A stretch of 64,000 nucleotides of DNA. Source: Holophagales bacterium UBA5704 (GTDB taxonomy: Bacteria > Acidobacteriota > Thermoanaerobaculia > Multivoradales > UBA5704). Below the pieces are notes generated by a model, which was given only the letters and a program-made list of their open reading frames with translations, was not told where the DNA came from and ran no database searches. Made by a program: the position numbers and the translations under genes. Positions 37,295-45,304 of the stretch are shown one piece after another; the stretch's first letter is position 1, and each line of letters begins with the position of its first letter. The stretch is taken from positions 77,536-141,535 of the forward strand of contig DIHE01000126.1 of NCBI GenBank assembly GCA_002420005.1. The letters are read 5' to 3'.

Positions 37295-37801
37295 CTAGTC
37301 CACCTCGGCCTTGATCGACAGCGCCAGAAGCGAGCCGTCGGCCTGGCGGGTTCCGCGGCCTTCGGCGCGGGTGGGACGGCCGGCGGCCACGGAGCGGGCG
37401 ATCTGGGCGAGGGAGTGGAGGTCGCCGCGCGCCTCCCACCGGGTCTGGGCGTTGACCACGATCCGGGTGCCACCGGCGAGGGTCAGGGAGCTCTGGCCGG
37501 CGGTGGTCACGGCTCCTTCGAACTCTTTGCCGGCCCGCGGCGCCTTGCCGCCTCCCTTCCCCCCCTTGCCTCCTTTGCCCCCTTTGCCACCACGGTTGTC
37601 GCCGCCGTTGTCGTCGTTGCCCCGGGTCTGGTTGTCGTCGGTGAGAGCGGCTGTCGAGCTGGCGGTGGTCGAGAAGGCCGGGGCGTCGTCGGTGAACGCG
37701 GGTTCCGTGGGGCTGGAGCCCTGCGAGCAGCCGATGGTGCCGAGCGCGAGGGTGGAGAGGGAGAGCAAAGCGATAAGCTGGAGGGAGCGATGGCGGTTCA
37801 T
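37295..37801 (-). CDS. lipoprotein with a (GGK)n low-complexity linker
   Basis: Lipobox LALGTIGC after a signal peptide, then GGKGGKGGKGGKGGGK, then a C-terminal beta-rich domain. Confidence 0.65.
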   Translation of the reverse strand: MNRHRSLQLIALLSLSTLALGTIGCSQGSSPTEPAFTDDAPAFSTTASSTAALTDDNQTRGNDDNGGDNRGGKGGKGGKGGKGGGKAPRAGKEFEGAVTTAGQSSLTLAGGTRIVVNAQTRWEARGDLHSLAQIARSVAAGRPTRAEGRGTRQADGSLLALSIKAEVD

Positions 37802-37810
37802 GGTATCTCC

Positions 37811-40363
37811 TTGTGGTTTGGTCGAGTTCTGTTCCGTCTGTTGAGACAGGCGAAGGCCGCCGGTGGAACAAACTTCTTTTGCGGTCTTCTGGTGCTGGCT
37901 CTGGTGGCCTCTCCTGTCGCCGGGCAGACGCTCGACCAAGCCGTTGCGCTGCACCAGGCGGGGCGCCTGCGCGAGGCGCTCCAGGCCTACCGGCGGATCG
38001 CCTCCGCCCACGCAGGTCAGGAGCCGGGGCTGGCCGCGGCGGCGCTCAACAACGCCTGCGTGCTGCAGCAGGACCAGGGCGCCCTGCGCGCCGCGCTGCC
38101 GGACTGCGAGGAGGCGCTGCGCTTGCGCCGGATCGAAGGAGACCCCTTGTCGATCGCCGAGACGGTGAACAACCTGGGGCTGATCCTGGAGACCCTGGGC
38201 CGCACCGGCGAGGCGGAGCGCCACTACCGCGAGGCGCTGGCGATCAACCGCAAGCTCGGCGAAGCCGAATCGGTGGCGATGAACCTGGGCAACCTCACCG
38301 CGATCGCGGTCCAGAAGGGCCGCTATTCCGAGGCCATGCGCCTCTCCACCGAGGCCGCCACGGTGGCCGCCCGCCATCCGGATGCGCCCTGGGCCGAGGA
38401 GCAAGGGCAGATCGCGCGGATCAACCAGAGCGTCGTGCTGCGCAAGGTGGGCGCCTACCGGGAGGCGCTCGATCTCTCTCGGGATCTCCTGAAAAGCAAC
38501 CGGCTGGACCCGCGGCGGCGTGCCGCACTGCTGGTGAATACCGGCGTCTTCTATCGCAACCTGGGAGATCCGGTGAGCGCGGTGGAGAGCTTCCGCGCCG
38601 CCATCGCGAGCTATCGCGCGCTGGGGGACACCGCGGGGCTGTCCAACGCCTGGCTCAACCTCGGGATCGCCCTGCATCTGAATCTGGCCCGCCCGCGCGA
38701 GGCCGAGGCCGCCTACCGGGAGGCGCTCCGTCTCGCCGAAGCGGACGGCAATCAGATCGAGGCGGTCGAGGATCTGTTCTATCTCGGCCGCCTCCTCCTG
38801 GCGCAGGGCCGGCTGGACGAGGCGGAGGCGGCCTTCCGGCGCTGCCTGGACGGGGCGACGCAGAGCGGCTCGGTCGATGGGCGGTGGTCGGCCCGCGAGG
38901 GGCTGGGGCGGATCGCCGCGGCGCGCGGGGACCTGCCGGGCGCCCTGGCGCACCTCCTCGGTGCCCTGGACGAGATCGAGCGGGTACGCGCCGGCCTCGA
39001 CCGCAGCGGCTGGCGGGCCGGCTATTTCGGCGACAAGCGCTCCGTTTATGCCGCGACGGTGGACGTGCTATGGCGGCTCGCCCGGCTCCGGCCGCGGGAA
39101 GGCTTCGCCGGCCGCGCCCTGGAGGTGGTGCAGCGCGCCAAGGCGCGCGACCTGCTCGATGCCCTGGGACCCGGGGGCGCTGCGTTGACCCCGGCCACCG
39201 CCGCCGCGATCACCGCCCGGGCCGACGGCACCCTGCTCGAATATTTCCTGAGTGAGGACCGCCTCTATCTCTGGACGATCCGTCGCGGTGCGCTGCAGAT
39301 GGCGGACCTCGGCCCCAAGACCCCCGTGGCGGCGGACGTTCTGCGGGTGCACCGGGCGCTCGCCGGGGGGACCGAGCCGGACGCGGCGGCGGTCACGCGG
39401 CTCTCCCGCACGCTCCTCGGGCCGGCCGGTCCTCTGGGTGCGAAGGGGGAGACGCTCCGCATCGCGCCCGACGGGCTGCTGCACTATCTCCCGTTCGAGA
39501 TCCTCGCGGCGCCCGCGGCCGACGGCGCGCCCCTGGTCGAGCGCCACGCCATCTCCTACCTGCCGAGTGCCTCCCTGCGGGGGGCCGGTGACGCCACCGC
39601 CTCCCCCACCCTCCGCCTCGCCGGCTTCGGCGCCCCGCTTCCCTCGCGCCCGACCGCCGGGGCAACCCTTGTGGTGGCCCAACCCCTACCGGCCGCCGAG
39701 CGGGAGCTCACCGCCATCGGGAGCCTCCTGGGCGGATCGAGCGAGCGGCACCTGGGCGCACAAGCGACTGAGCGGGCCTTCCGCCAGGTGTTCGCCCGGG
39801 GCGCCCGGGTGGTGCACTTCGCCACCCACACCGTGGTGGAAGAACGGCCGGGCGGTGGCGCCTCCATCCTCCTCACCGCAGCGGGCGGAGACGACGGCCT
39901 CCTGCAACCGCGGGAGATTGCCGGCCTCACCGGCTCGTGTGACCTGGTGGTGCTCGCGGCCTGCAGCACGTCCCTCGGAGCGGGGGAGGAAGGAGGAGCC
40001 CTGGTCTCCCTCACCGGCTCCTTCCTCGCCGCCGGAGCCCCCGCCGTCGTGGCCACCCTCTGGGACGTGGGCGATGCCGCGACCGCCGTCTTCATGGAGC
40101 AGCTCTACGCCCAGCTCGGCCGCGGCCTTCCTCCGGACGAAGCCCTGCGCCGGGCGAAGCTGCGCCTGCGCGCCGATCCGCGCTGGAACCGGCCTGGCCT
40201 CTGGTCGGGCTATGTCCTGGTGGGAGAGGCGCCGCCGGTGGCGCCGCGCCGGGAGCTGCGGCTGGCCCTGATCTGGGGAGGCGCGGCGGGGCTCCTGCTG
40301 CTCGGCCTCGCCGCGCGCCGCCTCACTCGAAGACGATCGCGCCGTTCTCCATCGCCAGCTTGA
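37811..40363 (+). CDS. TPR-repeat plus CHAT (caspase-like) domain protein with a C-terminal TM anchor
   Basis: Multiple TPR-like repeats (…AERHYREALAINRKLGE…). CHAT His/Cys dyad contexts are VVHFATHTV and DLVVLAACSTSLG. The tail is hydrophobic. The start is uncertain (TTG at 37811; the ATG at 37790 would overlap the divergent gene). Confidence 0.7.
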   Translation: MWFGRVLFRLLRQAKAAGGTNFFCGLLVLALVASPVAGQTLDQAVALHQAGRLREALQAYRRIASAHAGQEPGLAAAALNNACVLQQDQGALRAALPDCEEALRLRRIEGDPLSIAETVNNLGLILETLGRTGEAERHYREALAINRKLGEAESVAMNLGNLTAIAVQKGRYSEAMRLSTEAATVAARHPDAPWAEEQGQIARINQSVVLRKVGAYREALDLSRDLLKSNRLDPRRRAALLVNTGVFYRNLGDPVSAVESFRAAIASYRALGDTAGLSNAWLNLGIALHLNLARPREAEAAYREALRLAEADGNQIEAVEDLFYLGRLLLAQGRLDEAEAAFRRCLDGATQSGSVDGRWSAREGLGRIAAARGDLPGALAHLLGALDEIERVRAGLDRSGWRAGYFGDKRSVYAATVDVLWRLARLRPREGFAGRALEVVQRAKARDLLDALGPGGAALTPATAAAITARADGTLLEYFLSEDRLYLWTIRRGALQMADLGPKTPVAADVLRVHRALAGGTEPDAAAVTRLSRTLLGPAGPLGAKGETLRIAPDGLLHYLPFEILAAPAADGAPLVERHAISYLPSASLRGAGDATASPTLRLAGFGAPLPSRPTAGATLVVAQPLPAAERELTAIGSLLGGSSERHLGAQATERAFRQVFARGARVVHFATHTVVEERPGGGASILLTAAGGDDGLLQPREIAGLTGSCDLVVLAACSTSLGAGEEGGALVSLTGSFLAAGAPAVVATLWDVGDAATAVFMEQLYAQLGRGLPPDEALRRAKLRLRADPRWNRPGLWSGYVLVGEAPPVAPRRELRLALIWGGAAGLLLLGLAARRLTRRRSRRSPSPA

Positions 40364-41345
40364 GCTTCCGGCCCAGCGTGTTGGTGAGCCAGGTGCCGGC
40401 CGGATCGAGGGTGACCGGCGACTCGGTGCCGAGGGCTGCGGAGGCTTTGGTCGGCAGGGAGACGGCGATGATCGTGCCGGGCACGGTGTTGAGCGTGCGG
40501 TTCGGGGATCGGAAGTCGATCCGCAGGATGCCCGGCTTGCTGCGGTCCACCGTGAAGGTGGCCTTGCCGTAGCGCGGATCGATGCGGACGACCGCAGGTC
40601 CCGCGGCGACGGCGGCGTTGTAGCGCAGGGTCACCCGGCCGCTCGAGATGCCGAACGGCTCGAAGGTCTGGAATCCCAGCTCCGCCGTCTCCCCCGGTGC
40701 GAGCTGGTCGCCTTCGGCCTCGACGGCGAGGGGGGCGGTGGCGCCGCGCACGGTCAGCATCGCGTTGATCGGGGCGAGATCGACAGGGGCGCCCCCGCTG
40801 TCGATCAGCGAGGTGAAGGAGGGATCGACGGTGATCGTGTACTGCTGCCCGGCGGTCACCGATGGATCGAGCCGGAAGCGCAAGACGGCGAGCGGGCCGT
40901 CGGAGGCGTTGATGGTTCCCGAGGGAGAGGAGAACTGGACGCCCACCGACTGGCTGTCCGCCGCACCCGTCGGCGTCGCCTGGACCGTCACGTCACCACG
41001 GGTGCTGTAGACCACGGCGCTCAGAAAGGTCAGAGGCCGGACGGGCTGCCGCAAGGCTTCCGCAGTGAGCCCCTGGAGGGCGGCGGCGGTCGGCCTGCCG
41101 ACGCGCACGGTGATCTTGCCCTGACGAATCGGCCGCGCCGCGTAGGTGCGCAGCACGACCGCCACGATGCCCCCCGGCTTGCCGATGGCGTCGTTCGCCC
41201 GCAGCTTAAGCGTCTCATGCCCACCCGATCCGCCGCCGTCGTCGCCGCCGCCCTGGCGGGCCGCGGCCTCGGGGTGGCCGGTGACGAGGAGGGCCAGGGC
41301 GAGGAGAGGGGCGGAGAGGAAACGGGAACGTGCTGTCTGGCTCAT
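40323..41345 (-). CDS. secreted beta-rich protein (two cohesin/Ig-like repeats?), downstream of the ECF sigma/anti-sigma pair
   Basis: Signal peptide followed by two internally similar roughly 130-aa beta segments. The 3' end overlaps the convergent CHAT gene by 41 nt. Confidence 0.55.
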   Translation of the reverse strand: MSQTARSRFLSAPLLALALLVTGHPEAAARQGGGDDGGGSGGHETLKLRANDAIGKPGGIVAVVLRTYAARPIRQGKITVRVGRPTAAALQGLTAEALRQPVRPLTFLSAVVYSTRGDVTVQATPTGAADSQSVGVQFSSPSGTINASDGPLAVLRFRLDPSVTAGQQYTITVDPSFTSLIDSGGAPVDLAPINAMLTVRGATAPLAVEAEGDQLAPGETAELGFQTFEPFGISSGRVTLRYNAAVAAGPAVVRIDPRYGKATFTVDRSKPGILRIDFRSPNRTLNTVPGTIIAVSLPTKASAALGTESPVTLDPAGTWLTNTLGRKLKLAMENGAIVFE

Positions 41346-41414
41346 GGTGCGACCTCCGGCGGCGGCGAAATGCCCGCAATTCCAGAGTCTACTCCTCTTG
41401 TCATGACGCAGACA

Positions 41415-42203
41415 TTACAGCGGTGGCTCTTCCGGCCGCGGCTTCGCCTGGAACCCCACCGGAGGGGAGATCGCGAGCCGCCCCCCTTGCGGGTCCAGGG
41501 CTTCGACGGTCCAGGTGTAGCGCACCGCGCGGTGGAGCCGGCCGGCGAGGTCGGCCGGCAGGGGAGCCACCGGCGTCTGCGTCGCCGCCTCCCAGAGCAC
41601 CGAGCCGTCCACCGTCGTCAGGCGCACCCGGTAGCCGGCGGCTCCCGGCACGGCCCCCCAGCGCAGCTCCGCCGGCAGGTCCGCCACCTCGCCCACCGGG
41701 GCGACGACTTCCACCGTGGCACCGCGCAGCGCGCCGCCGACCTCCGGCGTCGGCAGGTCCGGGGGCGCTTGCAGCACCCGCCAGGTGAGACCGAAGCCGA
41801 GCACCAGAACGGCCGCCGCGGCAAAACGCAGGAGGGAACGCGAAACGGTGCGGGCCGGTGCGGCCGGTGCGGCTGGTGCAGGACGGCGCGGACCCGGGAA
41901 GGGCACGACGTTGGAGCGGGCCGGGGCCGCCGTCGGTGCCGCCAGGCGGGAGACGACGTGCTCCAGATCTTCCGGCGCCACACCGGCCTCCGCGGGTGCC
42001 GCATCGAAGAGACGGGCGAGGTCCCGCTCGGCGGCACAGGCCGGGCAGCGGTCGGCGTGCGCGTCGATCGCTTGTTGCCCGGCGGGAGAGAGGTCCGCCC
42101 GCTCCGCGGCGAGAAAAGCCTCCGGGGGAGGGCAGGCGCCCGCGTCCGGGGCGTAGGCGGCCTGGAGCCAGGCGTCCAGGGTCTGGCGCGATCCGTCGCT
42201 CAT
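41415..42203 (-). CDS. anti-sigma factor (zf-HC2, single TM)
   Basis: HADRCPAC (Hx3Cx2C) and the TM helix LLRFAAAAVLVLGFGL. ATGA overlap with the sigma gene. Confidence 0.75.
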   Translation of the reverse strand: MSDGSRQTLDAWLQAAYAPDAGACPPPEAFLAAERADLSPAGQQAIDAHADRCPACAAERDLARLFDAAPAEAGVAPEDLEHVVSRLAAPTAAPARSNVVPFPGPRRPAPAAPAAPARTVSRSLLRFAAAAVLVLGFGLTWRVLQAPPDLPTPEVGGALRGATVEVVAPVGEVADLPAELRWGAVPGAAGYRVRLTTVDGSVLWEAATQTPVAPLPADLAGRLHRAVRYTWTVEALDPQGGRLAISPPVGFQAKPRPEEPPL

Positions 42204-42805
42204 GACAAGGCACCTCCGGCGGATTGGCGGGCGAGCCACTTCCCGAAGTGGCGCTTGAGCTTGCGTCCGCCGCTGACGATGCAAGCCTTGGCACCCGATT
42301 TGTTGGCGAGCTGCAAGAGGTCGGTGATCGCGGCGAGCGGCAGGCCGTCGACGAAATGGAGATAGAGGACCTTGGCCTCGACCGGCTCCAGGTCGCGTTC
42401 CATCGCGGTGCGAAACGCCGCCAGAATCTCCTTGCGCTCCAGCTCCCGCTCCGCGCCCGGCGAGGGCTCGACCGGCTCCGGGATGCTCTCGTCGTCCAGC
42501 GCCTCGGTCTGCCGGCGCCGCGCGGCGACGCCCCGGTTGATGGCGACGCTGCGGGTGACCGTGTAGAGCCAGGTGGAGAACCGGCTGTCGCCGCGGAAGG
42601 AGGCGAGCCGCTCGTGCACCCGCAGAAAGACCTCCTGGGCGACGTCCGCCGCCTCCTCGCGGTCGCTGCAGATCCGCAGGCACCAGGCGGCCACCTTGGG
42701 CTGATACCGCCGGTAGAGGACGGAGAGGAACGCATCGCCGCCCCCCGGCGCCGCCTGGCGGGCTCGCGCGATCAGCTCTTCATCGTCGAGACGGTCGAGA
42801 TCCAT
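42200..42805 (-). CDS. ECF (group IV) RNA polymerase sigma factor
   Basis: Region 2 (DVAQEVFLRVHERLASFRGDSRFSTWLYTVTRSVAIN) and region 4 (VLYLHFVDGLPLAAITDLL). Confidence 0.85.
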   Translation of the reverse strand: MDLDRLDDEELIARARQAAPGGGDAFLSVLYRRYQPKVAAWCLRICSDREEAADVAQEVFLRVHERLASFRGDSRFSTWLYTVTRSVAINRGVAARRRQTEALDDESIPEPVEPSPGAERELERKEILAAFRTAMERDLEPVEAKVLYLHFVDGLPLAAITDLLQLANKSGAKACIVSGGRKLKRHFGKWLARQSAGGALS

Positions 42806-43190
42806 GAAGGTCCGGGGTCGTCGCCTGAGGGAGGCGGGGCTCCAGAGAAGAATACCCGAGCCGTGCCCGGTGCGGCCAGCGCGGCGCGGCCGGGTCTCCC
42901 GAGCCGGATCGGCCGGGAGGCGAGGGGGCGCGGCGAGGAGGGGCGAGGCACTCATCACCCCTTGAGACAGCGAAGAGGGCGCGGCGGAACAGGAATCGTG
43001 CCGTCTCCGTGCGGGGACAGACCCGTCCCCTCACATCGGCGGCCCGAGGGCGTTGCGCCGGGCACGCCCCTGGAGACCACCCTTCGGCACGAAGCTTGCT
43101 CAAACGCACGATACTGCCCCCGATCGCTCTCGCCGTTGTCGCGAGGGCTCGAATTCATGGGTGCCGCCCCGATGCGGCAAGGAGGGATGC

Positions 43191-45290
43191 ATGCGCACGA
43201 GAGGTTGTGGACTTCCTGTTTCCGGGTTTCTGGTCGTCTTCGGATTGTCTCTGGCCACCGGCCGGTTGGCGGCGGTGCCGGTGCCCAGCCCACCGGCGGC
43301 GGCGGAATCCTCCGAGATCGCGGTGACCGTGGTGGAGATTCCGGTGGAGGTGACGCGGCGTGGCGAGCCGGTCCTCGGGCTCACCGCCGCAGACTTCGAG
43401 GTGGTGGAAGGGAAGCGTTCCCTGCCGGTGGTGGGGTTCGAAGTGGTCGACCTGGCGGCGCCGGAACCTCCGGACGCCCCGGCCCCCGCCGCCGCCGCGA
43501 GCCGGAACTTCCTTTTCCTCTATGACTTCGCGATGAGCAGCCGGGAACGCTTGAAAGATGGCGTCGCCGCCGCCCGGGAGCTCGTCGACCGCGGGCTCGA
43601 TCCGCGCGACCTGGTGGCGATCGCGGTCTATCTCCCGACCGGAGAGCTCGATCTGCTGCTCAGCTTCACCACCGACCGGGCGGCCGCCACGCGAACCCTC
43701 ACCGCCCTCGAAGACCTGCTGAACGGCAAGGAGGCGGCCGCCGCGGCCGTCGGCTCCGACCCGTTGCGCTTGACCGGCCTGGGAGCGCGCGCGCTGCTCA
43801 GTCAGACCTTCCAGGTTCACGAGACCAACTTCGCCGACGACGCGCGGGACAGCCTGGGACCGATGGATGGCTCCGTGGGCTCGCTCCTGCAGCAGGAAGC
43901 GCTTTACGAGGCAGGCGTGGTCCACCGGCCGGCCGTCGAGGCCCGTCAGGCCGGTCACGTCAAGTCCCTGGCCGACGCCCTGTGGGGTCTCGCCGAGGTC
44001 CTGCGGCCGGTGACCGGACGCAAATACCTGACCCTGTTCAGCGAAGGCTTCTCCCTGTCGCTCGTCCCCCACGTAGCTGACGGTTACACCGGGTCTTCGG
44101 TGGGGAACGGAGATCTGCTGTTCAAGCTCCGGATGACCCTCGGCGAGCTGCGCCATGCCGGCTGGGTGCTCCACGCCGTGGACCTCGCCGGCATCCGGCG
44201 GGGAGAGACCGATGGAGACGGCCTCTTCTTCCTCGCCAACGAGACCGGAGGCTCCGTGGTCGAAGGGACCGCCCGGCTGGCGGAGGGTTTGGGCGCAGTC
44301 CTGCGCCGCAGTGCGCACAGCTATCTCCTGTCCGTGCAGGCGGACGTGCCGTCCGACGGATCGTTTCATCCGCTCGAGGTCCGCCTCCGCAAAGCGCCGC
44401 GGGGCACCCAGGTCCTCCATCGCGACGGCTATTACGCACCCCTGCCGTTCCGGCACCAGAACGACGTCCAGCGGCTCGCCGAGGCGGCGGTCCTGGTGTC
44501 CGGCACCGACGAGCGCGACGACCTGGGTCTGCGCGTGGCGGCGGTCTCTCTGGTCGCCGGAGTGGAGACCACCCGCGTCGCCGTCCTCGTCGAGATCCCC
44601 GGGGCACCGCTCCTCGCGGCCGGCTCCCCCCGGATCGGCGTCGAGGTCTTCGGCTATGCGCTGGACGCAGCGGGCAACAGCAGCGATTTCTTCGCCCAGG
44701 CCGTCGCGCTCGAACGGGAGAAGGTCGGCGCCCGGCTCGCCCAGGGGGGCGTCCGGGTGCTCGCCCGGCTCGACCTCCCGCCCGGGGCGCACCGCCTCCG
44801 GGTGCTGGCCCGCGACCGCCAGACCGGCCGTGCCACCCTCCTCACCGTTCCGCTCCACGTCGAGGCGGCGGCCGGCCCGGCCGCCCTGGAGGCCCTCTTC
44901 CTCGCTCCCGCCGACGATCCCTGGGTGCTCGTCCGGCCGGAGGACGCGCCGTTCGACATCCACGGCCGGGGGGTGGTTCCGGCGGCCCGGGGGACCCTCG
45001 CCGCGGCCGGTCAGGCGCAGCTCTTCCTGCTCGGCCGCGGCCTGGCCGAAGAGGGCACCTGGATCAAGAACCGCATCCTCGATGCCTCGGGGAAAGCGAT
45101 GGAGGGAGGCCTTCTGGAGCTGCAGGCGATCGCCCCGGGAAGCGCCGGGGAGCTCGATCTGGTGATGGCCCGCCTGCAAGCCGGCACCCTGCCCCCGGGC
45201 GCCTATCACCTGGAGCTGCGCGCCGGCCACGCGACGCGCGCTCAGTCGGTCGCCGTGCGGCCGTTCGAGGTCCAACCGGCTCAACCGTAG
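43191..45290 (+). CDS. secreted VWA-related protein (acidobacterial TIGR03436-like)
   Basis: Signal peptide, then the N-terminal VTVVEIPVEVTRRGEPVLGLTAADFEVVEGKRSLPV module, then a VWA-like region. Confidence 0.6.
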   Translation: MRTRGCGLPVSGFLVVFGLSLATGRLAAVPVPSPPAAAESSEIAVTVVEIPVEVTRRGEPVLGLTAADFEVVEGKRSLPVVGFEVVDLAAPEPPDAPAPAAAASRNFLFLYDFAMSSRERLKDGVAAARELVDRGLDPRDLVAIAVYLPTGELDLLLSFTTDRAAATRTLTALEDLLNGKEAAAAAVGSDPLRLTGLGARALLSQTFQVHETNFADDARDSLGPMDGSVGSLLQQEALYEAGVVHRPAVEARQAGHVKSLADALWGLAEVLRPVTGRKYLTLFSEGFSLSLVPHVADGYTGSSVGNGDLLFKLRMTLGELRHAGWVLHAVDLAGIRRGETDGDGLFFLANETGGSVVEGTARLAEGLGAVLRRSAHSYLLSVQADVPSDGSFHPLEVRLRKAPRGTQVLHRDGYYAPLPFRHQNDVQRLAEAAVLVSGTDERDDLGLRVAAVSLVAGVETTRVAVLVEIPGAPLLAAGSPRIGVEVFGYALDAAGNSSDFFAQAVALEREKVGARLAQGGVRVLARLDLPPGAHRLRVLARDRQTGRATLLTVPLHVEAAAGPAALEALFLAPADDPWVLVRPEDAPFDIHGRGVVPAARGTLAAAGQAQLFLLGRGLAEEGTWIKNRILDASGKAMEGGLLELQAIAPGSAGELDLVMARLQAGTLPPGAYHLELRAGHATRAQSVAVRPFEVQPAQP

Positions 45291-45304
45291 GGGCGGCCGC
45301 CCCC

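Noticed and set aside
37247-37810. The 5' extension of the TPR-CHAT ORF.
   Set aside because: It is antisense to the well-supported lipoprotein gene (37295-37801) and has a low-complexity translation.
42289-42303. The sigma-54-like element TGGCAC-N5-TTGT.
   Set aside because: It lies inside the ECF sigma coding region, the -12 element is imperfect, and the nearest plus-strand gene is about 900 bp away.
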